Shown one piece after another: positions 1 through 10,039 of a stretch of DNA of 64,000 nucleotides. This DNA is from a virus. The number at the start of each line of letters is the position of its first letter. Position 1 is the first letter of the stretch. The notes below the pieces were generated by a model. That model was not told the origin of the DNA. It was given only the letters and a program-made list of their open reading frames with translations, and made no database searches. Both the position numbers and the translations under genes were made by a program. The DNA is taken from the IMG/VR virus record IMGVR_UViG_3300025646_005470. One strand, 5' to 3'.

Positions 1-87
1 TATCAATGGAATGGCAGTGAGTGGATTGACACTTATCAAGGTCAATACAAACCTGGCTATTGGATTTTAAATCTAGCAGGACTTTAA
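1..87 (+). CDS. 3' end of an upstream gene (partial; ...YQWNGSEWIDTYQGQYKPGYWILNLAGL*), probably a virion/neck protein
   Basis: Open frame from base 1 to TAA at 85-87; start lies outside the window. Confidence 0.6.
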   Translation, partial: YQWNGSEWIDTYQGQYKPGYWILNLAGL

Positions 88-96
88 TTTATCAAG

Positions 97-127
97 TTGA
101 CTAACTAAAAAAACCATGCTATAAATA
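97..127 (+). promoter_or_regulatory. Overlapping sigma70-like (TTGACT-N17-TATAAA) and T4-late (TATAAATA) promoter of the NUDIX gene
   Basis: TTGACT 97-102 and TATAAATA 120-127, 5 nt before ATG 133. Confidence 0.65.
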
Positions 128-132
128 CTAGT

Positions 133-555
133 ATGTATGACGCAGTAGGAGCCACATTTTTATCACAAGATACAAAAAAGTTTTGTCTTAATAAAAGATC
201 AAAAAGCGTAAGCAATTCTGGTACTTGGAGTTTTTGGGGTGGTAAAGTTGAATCTGGTGAAACTGTCATTGGTGCGTTAAAAAGAGAAATCAAAGAAGAA
301 ATTGGATTTGTTCCTAAAATAGTAAAAATACATCCTTTAGATATCTATCAAAGTAATGATGGTCATTTTATGTATCATACATTTGTTATCATAACACCAA
401 CTGAATTTGAACCAAATATGAACCATGAATCACAAGATTATAGTTGGTCGAAACTAGCAAATCTTCCTAGACCTTTACACCAAGGTGCACGTAAAACTTT
501 ACTAGATAAAAACAATGTTAAAAAGTTAAAACTGATAGTAAATAGTATTGACTAA
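133..555 (+). CDS. NUDIX hydrolase
   Basis: Nudix box GGKVESGETVIGALKREIKEEIG. Confidence 0.9.
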   Translation: MYDAVGATFLSQDTKKFCLNKRSKSVSNSGTWSFWGGKVESGETVIGALKREIKEEIGFVPKIVKIHPLDIYQSNDGHFMYHTFVIITPTEFEPNMNHESQDYSWSKLANLPRPLHQGARKTLLDKNNVKKLKLIVNSID

Positions 556-583
556 CAATACAATAAACTAAAGGATATAAACA

Positions 584-1252
584 TTGTCACGCATAATAAA
601 CTTTAATCAGGCTAGAATAGCACACACTTTTGAAAAATTTGCAAAAGACAGTGTTATTACAGATAATATTCTTGAAAACATAGTTCCAAATTTTCATTTT
701 CAAAGCGACATAGATGATGTTTTAAACGAATATACAGATCGTGATCGTAAACGTTACTTTAAAATTTTACAAGATATGAAAAATGCTGTAAAACAAATGA
801 CCAGCGAAGACAACATGAGTATACGTTTTCAATTAGAAGATGAGTATTTTGAACTACTACAAAAATTAGAAACTAATAACATAAAATATAAGATACCGTC
901 TATACTAATAAAATATAGAAAAGATATAAATCCTATTAGAGCATTAAAATTTGAACTAGAAGAAATTATGGCTATGCCTGAATCAGATGATGACTATCAT
1001 ATATGGTTAATTAGACAATATAAAAATGAAGAAAAAATTAATAACATTATAAAAGATATTAATGCTGATTTAAGAAGTATTGTAAAAATGCAAGAAAAAT
1101 ACAAAGACGCTAAAAAAGAATATCCTTATTTTGTATTACCAATGAGTTATTATCACTGTATTGAAATTGAAACTGATATGAAAAGTTGGATTAAAACTCT
1201 AAAAGAATTTTTAATTTGGACTCAAGATTCTATCAACAAAAGATATCTTTAA
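584..1252 (+). CDS. Hypothetical protein (222 aa, helical and charged)
   Basis: Long ORF that follows NUDIX; no recognised motif. Confidence 0.7.
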   Translation: MSRIINFNQARIAHTFEKFAKDSVITDNILENIVPNFHFQSDIDDVLNEYTDRDRKRYFKILQDMKNAVKQMTSEDNMSIRFQLEDEYFELLQKLETNNIKYKIPSILIKYRKDINPIRALKFELEEIMAMPESDDDYHIWLIRQYKNEEKINNIIKDINADLRSIVKMQEKYKDAKKEYPYFVLPMSYYHCIEIETDMKSWIKTLKEFLIWTQDSINKRYL

Positions 1253-3564
1253 ACAACAATGTTAACCAACTTAATGCCTGTGTTACTGTTATCTTCTAAA
1301 GATTTACCAATCACACAATAACCTGCCGGTGCTGGACTATCATCTGTTAGTGTTGTAGCAGTACCTGGTGTTACATTAGTTACAAGTAGATCGCCTTTTT
1401 TAACAGGACCTTCTACTTTACAAGGAACTTTACCACGAAGTGCAACTGCTACACCATCTGCATCTTTGTTCATTAGGTAGGCTGGTGCTGTTGATACTAC
1501 ACCTGCTACTCTGTGATCTAATAATCTATTACACTGTGTAACTTCATGATCTCCACCAAACACAACAACTGTACCAGGTTCATAGTCTGCATCTGATTTA
1601 TAAATCTCTGCCAAGTCAGCATACTGTGCCTGAGTTGCTGTTAGGTATGCAGTGGCCGCCTGTATGTCTGCATTTGCTGTAGCAACAATATTTACATCTG
1701 CCGCAGTGTTTGTTGTTGTTGCCGCTACCCATCTATCATCTGTTTCATCCCAATACCATGCGGCATTGTTTTCAGCAGTACCACGTTGTACCATAACACC
1801 ACCATCATTGGTGTTGTTTGCTGGTTGTGTGCTGTGTTTGTTCAGCAACATTATAGCATCTTCAACTTCAACGTTGGTTACTTCAAGTGTTGTTGCTGTA
1901 CCTGTAACTGTTAAGTTACCAAGTATTTGTACAACGCCTGTACCTTGTGGATCTAATACAATATTGTTAGCACCTGTTGAAATAATTGAATGTGTTTGTA
2001 CATCTAAATCCCCGCCAAGTTGTGGTGTTGTATCATCAACAACTTCTGTGATAACATCTATACCTGCTGTCCAAATAAAAGATGATGTACCATGATCGTA
2101 TTGTAATAGTTTTCCATCTTCTGAAGCACCTACTGACGAAACACTACCTAAATCTGTCAATGTCATTGTAGCCGCTACTGCCTGTGGAGTAGCACCAACC
2201 CAATTTGATCCATTATATCTTAACAAGTTGTTGGTTGCTGATGTTAATACTGGATTCATTGTAGGTGTTTGATTTATCCAAGTAGTGGTACTGTTTGCAT
2301 ATAGTATTTGTCCTGTTTGTTGTGATGTAATAGTTACATATTGTAAGTCATTAAGTTCGTCAGGTGTATCAATTTTAAATTCTGTTGCGGTAAAATTTAT
2401 ATCACTTAATTCATATGCATTTGCGGCACCTGAATTAAATTGAACTGCAATTTTATATGCTACTGATGTTACTGATGGACTAGATCCTGTTAAATCATCT
2501 AAATGTGTAAACCCTAGAGGAAAACCTTGGGTCATTGTATTGTACTCAACAACTGGTGTTGCTGGCCATACACCACTACCATTAATTGATCTAAATAAAC
2601 CAATTTTAGAACCACCTGCTGTTTCTGTATCAATATTAGATGCATATGAAATTTCAACTTTTCCATTTGTTGTAATAGTAAAACTAGAAATTATTGCTAC
2701 ATCAGTCCAACTTGTTGCTAGACCAGTTAAGTTAACACTAGTTGTTGACGATTTTTGTGTGTTAACTACTCCAAGTGCTGGTGACTGTGCTACAAAATTT
2801 GCACCATTATACATTAAAATTTGTCCGGTTGCTGGAGCAACACTTGTAATGTCAACATCATTTAATGCGTCTACTGATGTTGTGGCAATTCTTGCATCAA
2901 TGTCTGTGTTAGCTCTTGCAGTTGTATAGTATAAGTTTGTTCCTTCACTTAAATTGGTTGTTGATTTAGTTGCTAATCTTAAATCAAATCTTGTGTCTGT
3001 GTAGTATAGATTTGTGCCTTCTGTTAAATTTGTTGTTGTCTTGCCTGAAAATGCTGTGTCAAATCTACCTGTTGTATAATATAAATTTGTGCCTTCTGCT
3101 AAATTAGTTGTTGATTTAGTTGCTAATCTTGTGTCAAATCTACCATCTGTGTAGTATAAGTTAGTGCCTTCTGCCACATCATCTGTTGTTAGTGTGTCAA
3201 ATTCAACTCCTGTTTCACCTGAATTTACTTTTAGATATCGTCCTGCTGTGCCCGTGTAACTTGCTGGAGTGTCTGATAAATTTGTCAAACTTGTACTAAT
3301 AGCGCCGGCATTAACAATATTAGCACCACCAAAATCCCAGCCACTACTACTAGTGTTATAGCCAAATGTAGCAATAATTGATCCACTTGATTCAACTTCA
3401 ATACCAGATAATTGAGTACCTGTTAGGGTACCGTCTTTATTAAGAGTAATTAGTCGATCTTTTACTGTTAAATCGTCTGTATTGGTTGTGATCTGTGATC
3501 CAGAAACCTGAAGATTTCCAGTAATAATTAAGTCGTTTGATCTAATAACTGTTTGATCTGCCAT
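1249..3564 (-). CDS. Tail fibre-like virion protein with a C-terminal Peptidase_G2/IMC-type autocleavage chaperone domain
   Basis: T/S/G-rich with 25-aa repeats; C-terminal ADLAE..Y.PGTVVVFGG..EVT...VAGVVST.PAYLMN...VALRGKVPCKV.G.VKKGDLLV. Confidence 0.75.
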   Translation of the reverse strand: MADQTVIRSNDLIITGNLQVSGSQITTNTDDLTVKDRLITLNKDGTLTGTQLSGIEVESSGSIIATFGYNTSSSGWDFGGANIVNAGAISTSLTNLSDTPASYTGTAGRYLKVNSGETGVEFDTLTTDDVAEGTNLYYTDGRFDTRLATKSTTNLAEGTNLYYTTGRFDTAFSGKTTTNLTEGTNLYYTDTRFDLRLATKSTTNLSEGTNLYYTTARANTDIDARIATTSVDALNDVDITSVAPATGQILMYNGANFVAQSPALGVVNTQKSSTTSVNLTGLATSWTDVAIISSFTITTNGKVEISYASNIDTETAGGSKIGLFRSINGSGVWPATPVVEYNTMTQGFPLGFTHLDDLTGSSPSVTSVAYKIAVQFNSGAANAYELSDINFTATEFKIDTPDELNDLQYVTITSQQTGQILYANSTTTWINQTPTMNPVLTSATNNLLRYNGSNWVGATPQAVAATMTLTDLGSVSSVGASEDGKLLQYDHGTSSFIWTAGIDVITEVVDDTTPQLGGDLDVQTHSIISTGANNIVLDPQGTGVVQILGNLTVTGTATTLEVTNVEVEDAIMLLNKHSTQPANNTNDGGVMVQRGTAENNAAWYWDETDDRWVAATTTNTAADVNIVATANADIQAATAYLTATQAQYADLAEIYKSDADYEPGTVVVFGGDHEVTQCNRLLDHRVAGVVSTAPAYLMNKDADGVAVALRGKVPCKVEGPVKKGDLLVTNVTPGTATTLTDDSPAPAGYCVIGKSLEDNSNTGIKLVNIVV
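2887..3189 (-). repeat. Four 75-bp (25-aa) tandem coding repeats, TTNLxEGTNLYYTxxRFDTRLATKS
   Basis: Visible directly in the translation and the DNA. Confidence 0.85.
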
Positions 3565-3636
3565 GCTGTATTATGCTCCAATGTATATTACTTATTTAGC
3601 AGATTTGGCCAATTTATAATATGTGTACAGTCAAGG

Positions 3637-3663
3637 GAAACCCCGGAATAAATCCGGGGTTTC
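3637..3663 (-). terminator. Stem-loop after the major capsid gene
   Basis: GAAACCCCGGA-ATAAA-TCCGGGGTTTC, perfect 11-bp stem 17 nt past the gp23 stop. Confidence 0.7.
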
Positions 3664-3680
3664 TATATTGATATCTAATA

Positions 3681-4850
3681 TTAGATAAATGTTGCGTTTG
3701 AAATAGCAATTTTTGATAGGTAGTCTGCTGAATTACCAAGTGATGATGCAGTGTTTGTTAACTCTACATAACCGTATCTTGTCATAAAGCTCACTACTGG
3801 TTCAAAAGTTGATGGATCCACAATAACGCCTGATGACATTAATGGGATGTATGGGCAATAGAATGCCGCCGCATCAACTTCACCTGCACCTTTGTAACCA
3901 ATAAGTACTGGTGAATCATCTACTAAGTATGAGTTTACATATACTCTCATTGCACCGTTTAAAGTACCTACAAACTTAGTGTTTGTTGGAGCTTCAAAAG
4001 TACCTTCAGTTGTTCTTGCAAACGCTGAAGTTGTAGCTGATTGTAAAATTGTCAAAGCCTGTGGAGAAACAACAGCCCAGTTAGCCGCGCCTCTTCTTGT
4101 TCTTTGAGCAATTAAGTTTGCTTCTCTGTTGATAGCAACTGCCAATGCCGCATGTTCGTCACCAACAAATGTTGCTGTACCTGATACAGATGATTGATTG
4201 TATGCTGTACCTGAACCTGCTAAGTTTGTTAATGAAGAAAGGATCTCTTGATCGATCTCAGCAGTAATTTCTTGTGCTAATGCCGCCATTACTTCTGCTT
4301 CTACATCTAAACCATGCATTGCTGATGCGTCTTGTGCCGCTTCAAATGTCCAACGTGCAGATAGCTTTCTTGTTTTAGCTTCTACAGTTTGTTTTAAAAT
4401 TTGAATTGACATTTTGTTACCAGCTTCACCCTCTAAAGATGAAGTTGATGCACCTGCTACTGGTGATTGTGCACCAGAACCTGGATTTGCTGAGTAAGAT
4501 CTTGCAATTTCAAAAGGTGAAAGTGCTTCAGTACCTGCTGTTACACCGTCTTTTGCATCTGAGTATCTAACTCTTAATGTGTGGATTTGACCTACTGGAC
4601 CTGTCATTGGTTGTACACCAACGATTTCGTTTGCAATTACTGTAGGCATCACACGTCTGATTATTGGAAGAATTACTTTGTTTAAAGCCGCTACGTTACC
4701 AGCACCTGTGGCACCAGTTGAAGCCGCTTCAGCCAAGTACTTCTTTGTATTCTCAAGGACAGCATCCATTGATTTTGCTTTAGTGCCTGAAAGGCCTTCC
4801 ATCAATGCTGATTTTGTTTCTGTCCAGTTTTCGTTGATCATGTTTGTCAT
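3681..4850 (-). CDS. gp23: Major capsid protein, T4 gp23 family
   Basis: RRVMPTVIANEIVGVQPMTGPVGQIHTLR, AKTRKLSARWTFEAAQD, FYCPYIPL, F.P...FMTRYG. Confidence 0.97.
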   Translation of the reverse strand: MTNMINENWTETKSALMEGLSGTKAKSMDAVLENTKKYLAEAASTGATGAGNVAALNKVILPIIRRVMPTVIANEIVGVQPMTGPVGQIHTLRVRYSDAKDGVTAGTEALSPFEIARSYSANPGSGAQSPVAGASTSSLEGEAGNKMSIQILKQTVEAKTRKLSARWTFEAAQDASAMHGLDVEAEVMAALAQEITAEIDQEILSSLTNLAGSGTAYNQSSVSGTATFVGDEHAALAVAINREANLIAQRTRRGAANWAVVSPQALTILQSATTSAFARTTEGTFEAPTNTKFVGTLNGAMRVYVNSYLVDDSPVLIGYKGAGEVDAAAFYCPYIPLMSSGVIVDPSTFEPVVSFMTRYGYVELTNTASSLGNSADYLSKIAISNATFI

Positions 4851-4851
4851 T

Positions 4852-5958
4852 TTACTTAACTCCTAGACCTGCTAGTTTTCTAAGTTCAACAATGTCACCA
4901 ATGTCTGAACTTTTTGTTTCAGCAGGTGCCTCTCTGTTACCAGTTACCTCTGTTACTGATTCAGTAACAATAGTTTTATTTGCATCTGCTCTCACAGATT
5001 CATTTAAAACTGCTGGTAAGTATTTGTTAAACTGTTTTTTCAAATCGCTTGTTTGTACAGATTCAAGCAATTCGTTCATTACTCGACGCTTTTCTTTGGA
5101 TAAATTTGCAGTTAACTCTGTAAGAGCTTTTTCACGTACATTTTTATCTTCAGCAATTCTTAATTTAGTTTGAACTGCTTCAATTTCTGCGTCTTTTTCT
5201 TTTAGTTTAGATTCTGCTTCAACAGTAGTTGATTTTACAGTTTCTAATTCTTTTTGAAGTTTTCTAACCTCTGTACCCTCGGCTAGATGAGAAGACATAT
5301 ACTCGCCTGCGAATGCTTCAAATACTTTTCTACCAAAGTTGTTTTCTTTAGCAACTTTAATGTCATCTTTAAGTTGTGATAATTCGCTTCTCAAACTCTT
5401 CTCAACAGTGTTTTCAACAACCTGTGCCGCTTTAGAAACAAAACGTTGTTTCGCTTCAGCAATCATTTTCTTGCCTTCTGCTACTAATTTAACTTTTTGT
5501 TCTACAACTGCTTTTTTGTCGTTTTCAAACTCTGTTATCTCTTTTGCTAATTGTTTAACAACAAAGTTTTCCAATTTTGCAAAATTGTTTTTCAAGTCTG
5601 TTCTATCAGCGTGTAGTTCTTTTACTTCTTTAGCTAATTGCTCAGCAACAAATTTGTCTACTAGACCAACATGTTTTTGAATGTTAGTTTTGTAAGCAAC
5701 TGTTTGCTCAGCCAATGCCGCTCTGTCAGCCTTCAGCTCTTCAATTTCAGCTGTAATTCTGTCAGTTAGCATTTTGTCCATAGCTTCAACTATTTGCCCT
5801 TTGTCATTTTCATAACGTTGAGCAAATTCATCGCGAAGTTCAGCAGTGATCTCTTCTCTGGCTTCATCTAACTTAGATTTCCACGTTTCTTGAATCTGAG
5901 TTCTCAATTCTTCTGAAATGTTATCTGACTCAAGTATTCCGTTAAAAATATCTGCCAT
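4852..5958 (-). CDS. gp22: Prohead scaffolding/core protein, gp22-like
   Basis: Coiled-coil, E/K-rich; lies between gp21 and gp23. Confidence 0.88.
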   Translation of the reverse strand: MADIFNGILESDNISEELRTQIQETWKSKLDEAREEITAELRDEFAQRYENDKGQIVEAMDKMLTDRITAEIEELKADRAALAEQTVAYKTNIQKHVGLVDKFVAEQLAKEVKELHADRTDLKNNFAKLENFVVKQLAKEITEFENDKKAVVEQKVKLVAEGKKMIAEAKQRFVSKAAQVVENTVEKSLRSELSQLKDDIKVAKENNFGRKVFEAFAGEYMSSHLAEGTEVRKLQKELETVKSTTVEAESKLKEKDAEIEAVQTKLRIAEDKNVREKALTELTANLSKEKRRVMNELLESVQTSDLKKQFNKYLPAVLNESVRADANKTIVTESVTEVTGNREAPAETKSSDIGDIVELRKLAGLGVK

Positions 5959-5970
5959 GAGTAGTTCTCC

Positions 5971-6600
5971 TTATAACTTCAACTCTTTTATTAATTTAAC
6001 TATCTCATCTCTAAGATAGTTTTCTGCTTTGCGATCATACATAGCATCTGCGCCTATACCATATAAACGTCTTCCACCACGCATGTTCATCAAACCTTCG
6101 TATATTGCTTTTGGATAAGCATCTGGGGCCGATGGTTGTGCAACAATATCTACTGTAACAATTTCAAAATCAGACACTTTGCCTGACTCATTCACGTTAC
6201 CAGTACCTCTTGATGACACACCCAATTTTGCTCCACTTTCCAAAAGGGTTTTTACAATGTTTCCCATTGGGGTTGGTAAAATTTTAAGTTTACCAATTCC
6301 GTTTGGACCGTCCATCCACATTGATTCAATCATGTGTGACACACGATCTAAATTCACTGTTAATTCTTCAGGGTGATCTGCTTCACCTAGCACAGAATAA
6401 CCACCTTTCAAACGTTCGTCCACTGAAGTCACCGCTTTTTCGATTTCTTCAAGTGGATAAACACGTTGATTTTGATTCTTTACTCCGCCTTGGATGAATA
6501 CACCTTTCATGAATAAGTTTTTCTTTCCCTCTTCACCTTCATGTAATACTTGCATGCCGGCTTGATCAAAAGTTAAACTTTCTAAAAGTGGTTTTATCAT
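5971..6600 (-). CDS. gp21: Prohead protease, gp21-like
   Basis: KGVFIQGGVKNQNQRVYP, LGEADHP, LGVSSRGTG, VDIVAQPSAPDAYP. Confidence 0.95.
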   Translation of the reverse strand: MIKPLLESLTFDQAGMQVLHEGEEGKKNLFMKGVFIQGGVKNQNQRVYPLEEIEKAVTSVDERLKGGYSVLGEADHPEELTVNLDRVSHMIESMWMDGPNGIGKLKILPTPMGNIVKTLLESGAKLGVSSRGTGNVNESGKVSDFEIVTVDIVAQPSAPDAYPKAIYEGLMNMRGGRRLYGIGADAMYDRKAENYLRDEIVKLIKELKL

Positions 6601-6624
6601 CTTGACGATCTCCTATAAATCAAA

Positions 6625-7521
6625 TTATGCTTTAGCCTTTGGAGCAGGTGATAATTTAGCCGCGCCTTGTTTAGGACTATCTGGATTGTCCTTCACTGCT
6701 GGTGCCTTACCGCCTTTTTCCTCACCGCCTTGAGCAATGTTTGATGTTGAACCACCCATATCGTTTTTACCCGCTACTGGTGATTTTGAATTAGCACCGT
6801 TGTCTCCACCTTTTGGAGTTGCAACAGCTTTTAATTCAGTTGCTTCTTCAAGCTCTTCGCTTTCATCTGAATCAGATGCATCTTCAAGTGCAACTTCGTC
6901 AGCAACTTCAACAGTTTCTTCTGCTGGCATTTCCATAGATGGCATTTCTGCTTCTAGGTCGTCAGCGGCTTCTTCGTTGTCGTCACCTTCTTCGTCGTCT
7001 TTGTCGCCCATCATTTTTTCAAATTCAGCTTTAAGATCTTCTAAAGCATCTTCTAGATCGTCAACTCTGTCTTCAACTTCCTCATGATCATGGTCATCAG
7101 CTTCGCCATCTTCATCACCATCATCTTCGTTAGTTTCTTCATGCTCAATTTCTTCAGCATGAGCGTCTGCTTCGTCTTTGACAGCAGTAGTTAAATCTTC
7201 TTCTTGATCGCCTAAACCGCCAACTTTTTCTTCAACGGTTTCATCACCTGACTCGTCAGTTGCTTCTTCAACAGCTTCCTCATCTGATTCTTCTGCTTCT
7301 TCAACTGCTTCTTCAGTTGATTCTTCTGATTCATCTACAGTATCTGTATCTTCTTCAGTTAAATCTTCTTCAATTTCGTCAGTTTGACTTTCGATCAACT
7401 CTTCATGTATTTTTCTAGCCTTTTCAACAATTACATCATGTAAAAGCTCTTGAGCTTTTTCTGATTCATTGTTAACTAGATATTCTAGAACTTGTTCTAG
7501 TTTAGACTTTGTAGTAGACAT
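6625..7521 (-). CDS. Highly acidic prohead core protein (gp67-like position)
   Basis: D/E-rich; upstream of gp21; likely start ATG 7521 after GGAG at 7531-7534. Confidence 0.7.
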   Translation of the reverse strand: MSTTKSKLEQVLEYLVNNESEKAQELLHDVIVEKARKIHEELIESQTDEIEEDLTEEDTDTVDESEESTEEAVEEAEESDEEAVEEATDESGDETVEEKVGGLGDQEEDLTTAVKDEADAHAEEIEHEETNEDDGDEDGEADDHDHEEVEDRVDDLEDALEDLKAEFEKMMGDKDDEEGDDNEEAADDLEAEMPSMEMPAEETVEVADEVALEDASDSDESEELEEATELKAVATPKGGDNGANSKSPVAGKNDMGGSTSNIAQGGEEKGGKAPAVKDNPDSPKQGAAKLSPAPKAKA

Positions 7522-7597
7522 AATGTTAATCTCCATAATATTACTAGTAATATCGCATAGAGCTCTATAGAAAGCTCTAACGTATGTATTATTTACT

Positions 7598-7605
7598 TAT
7601 TTATA
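7598..7605 (-). promoter_or_regulatory. T4-type late promoter TATAAATA for the head operon
   Basis: Exact T4 late consensus in the intergenic gap upstream of the core/gp21/gp22/gp23 genes. Confidence 0.75.
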
Positions 7606-7664
7606 GAAAAATTAGTGGAAAAGGCGCCTATTTTGACTCGTTTTGTAATAATAATGTAATATTA

Positions 7665-7865
7665 TTATACAGCAGGCGGTTGTGCGTACATCGTAGCCAC
7701 AAATTCACGGTTTTTTTCTTGATCTGCTTTACGCATTTCACGTACTTTACGCAATTTGTTAAGGTGTTTTAGTGTAAGACGTGTTTTGCGACTATCATCA
7801 ATATGAGCCATATGATAGTGATCATGCTCTGGAAAATAGTTTTCTTTTAGTTCACTGTAACGCAT
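7665..7865 (-). CDS. Small basic head-associated protein (66 aa)
   Basis: Between portal and core genes; TAAATA at 7871-7876 just upstream. Confidence 0.7.
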   Translation of the reverse strand: MRYSELKENYFPEHDHYHMAHIDDSRKTRLTLKHLNKLRKVREMRKADQEKNREFVATMYAQPPAV

Positions 7866-7873
7866 GTTTGTAT

Positions 7874-8224
7874 TTACCTTTTTCCTCTACGAGCTTTAAT
7901 TGCCAAGTTTGCACGTTTTACACGTTGTGATGCTTGACTGAACTTTTTAGTATATGTTGATCTTTTACCGTGAATTGAACCTTTTGCTCTACGTGTGCTT
8001 TTCATTTTGGTACTTTGTCTAATATTTAAAGGCTTGTTACAAGTGCTTGGATTAGCAACAATACGTCCTTTTCTTGGTCCAGTAGGACATCTAAAACGCT
8101 GTGTTGTTATAGTTCCTTTACCTTTGGTTTTTGATCTGGCTGTACGACCAAATATCTGTCTTGCACCTTCAGTAATAGGTTCAAAACAATATAAATCTGT
8201 TGTGCTAATTTCGTAAATTTTCAT
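7874..8224 (-). CDS. Very basic head-associated protein (116 aa)
   Basis: R/K-rich ORF directly after the portal; ATAAATA at 8244-8250. Confidence 0.75.
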   Translation of the reverse strand: MKIYEISTTDLYCFEPITEGARQIFGRTARSKTKGKGTITTQRFRCPTGPRKGRIVANPSTCNKPLNIRQSTKMKSTRRAKGSIHGKRSTYTKKFSQASQRVKRANLAIKARRGKR

Positions 8225-8246
8225 AACAATACCTTTGTTATGTTAT

Positions 8247-9956
8247 TTATGTCGCTGGAGTATCTGTGTCTGGAGTTAATGGTGATTCAGCACCGGCATC
8301 TGCGGCATCACCTGCTGGCTCATCTGTAGGACCTTCTAGATCAGAAGCTGGCATTGGAGCCGCGCCTACATCTGATAATCCTGCACCTCCGGCTACATCA
8401 TCACCTTGTGCTGGTGGTTGTGTACTATTAGCATTTTCTTCTGCCCATAGTTTTTCATTTCGATAAATTTCACCTTCATCAAGTCCAAGATAACGTGACA
8501 TAGCAAAACGTTTTGAAATAAATGGAATCTGTTGTAGTTGTGTAAAGATACTAACCTGTTGATTGTCGATTTCAATTTGTCTGTATTTGCCAAAGTTTTG
8601 TGGCTCATTAAATTGTATTTCAAATGAACCAGAATCAATTTCAATACCTCTGTGCTTTAAGAACATTTTGAATTCTTTGTCAAGTGTAGGCATAACCATT
8701 GACTGTAAACGTTGACAAAATTTTGTAAAACGGAATTCTTGAATATATGCTGTACCAACTCTACCATCAGTGAATGCTGAACCTGGATCATCTGGTGTTG
8801 ATGGCAAATAACTTGATGGAATTCTTAAACCTTTCATTAGCTTATTATTAAAGTATTTTAAGTCATCAATTTCACCTAGGTTTTGACCACCTGGTAGTGT
8901 TTCAACTTTAGAACCTCTACCTTCAGCCGTTTGTGCAAAGAAATAATCTTCAATCTGTGATAATGGATTGTAAGCGGCATCCATAATGTTTGCTCCACCG
9001 CCTGTTTTGTTTGGAATACGTTTTTGATGAATTTCATTTTTAACACGTTCAATAAATGCCATCGCTTTATTGGTTGGCATGTTACCTACGTCAATGTAAA
9101 ACACTCTACGTTCTGGTGCTCTTTGAACTCTATAAATGATAATTGCATCTTCTAGTAATTCTTTTTGTTTGTACACTTTGAATATTGCTTCTAACACCGA
9201 AGTACCAAAAGGCCAAAATCTATCCATGCCTTCTGATAATGAAATGTGTGCAATGTGTGAAGCATCAACAGGTGTTGTCATCACTTCTAAATTAAATCTA
9301 CCTGCTTGTGAACTTGTTGTTGCTGTGGTAATACCTCTGTATTTTGCATCAGTGGCAAAAGGCATGTTACCGCTTTGGTATGCTGTTGGAGCCGTGTATT
9401 GGTATTGACTCATTGTGGTTAAATTTAAATTTTGTAAATTTAAATCCAAGTCTCTGATAAAATATGCTTCTGGCTTTTTACCTTTGCCTTCGTTAACAAC
9501 AATCTTTTCAATCTTTGCATGATCAACCCATAACAACTTGTAGGTTTCTGGATCTCTAACAAATACCTGATCACCATACTTGATTACATTTCTAAAAAGT
9601 TTAAAACATCTCTTGTCCCAATCATTAACATTGGACCATTGTTTGATTGCTTGATCTAAAATTTCTGTTTCTGTATCAGTTGGTTTGTCTTTGTAAAAAA
9701 TTCTAAACGGAACACCTGTCTTTGGATCGTTTTGAGTTGAAAATTCTGCAATGGTATCAAGTGCCGCGTTTATCTCTGTGTCAAGATCCATTTGATCATA
9801 TTGATAATAACGCTCAATACGATTTGGCTGACCTGCATATACTTCTGGTAACCATGAGCTGTATTTTGATTGTGATGATTGTCCGTATGAACTGCCCACA
9901 GGACTTTGCTGTCCTAGTTTAGTTTCATATGTAGTAAAGTGTTTTTTCCAACTCAT
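8247..9956 (-). CDS. gp20: Portal vertex protein, gp20 family
   Basis: LLEDAIIIYRVQRAPERRVFYIDVGNMP..KA..F, EDYFFAQTAEGRGSKVETLPGGQNLGEIDDLKYF. Confidence 0.97.
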   Translation of the reverse strand: MSWKKHFTTYETKLGQQSPVGSSYGQSSQSKYSSWLPEVYAGQPNRIERYYQYDQMDLDTEINAALDTIAEFSTQNDPKTGVPFRIFYKDKPTDTETEILDQAIKQWSNVNDWDKRCFKLFRNVIKYGDQVFVRDPETYKLLWVDHAKIEKIVVNEGKGKKPEAYFIRDLDLNLQNLNLTTMSQYQYTAPTAYQSGNMPFATDAKYRGITTATTSSQAGRFNLEVMTTPVDASHIAHISLSEGMDRFWPFGTSVLEAIFKVYKQKELLEDAIIIYRVQRAPERRVFYIDVGNMPTNKAMAFIERVKNEIHQKRIPNKTGGGANIMDAAYNPLSQIEDYFFAQTAEGRGSKVETLPGGQNLGEIDDLKYFNNKLMKGLRIPSSYLPSTPDDPGSAFTDGRVGTAYIQEFRFTKFCQRLQSMVMPTLDKEFKMFLKHRGIEIDSGSFEIQFNEPQNFGKYRQIEIDNQQVSIFTQLQQIPFISKRFAMSRYLGLDEGEIYRNEKLWAEENANSTQPPAQGDDVAGGAGLSDVGAAPMPASDLEGPTDEPAGDAADAGAESPLTPDTDTPAT

Positions 9957-10039
9957 TGTGTGTACGTACCTTTATATGCTAGTATTTATGTAATTATATA
10001 GTATTTTAAATTTTAATGCAACCACTATGTTTTGGCCTA

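Noticed and set aside
1652-2929. Plus-strand ORFs 1652-2095 and 2540-2929 and the many other 60-140 aa antisense ORFs in the track (e.g. 4844, 5339, 6737, 17193)
   Set aside because: Shadows of long, motif-bearing genes on the opposite strand; no SD or promoter support
2887-3189. 75-bp periodic repeat as a possible CRISPR array
   Set aside because: In-frame coding repeats with synonymous divergence and no repeat-spacer alternation
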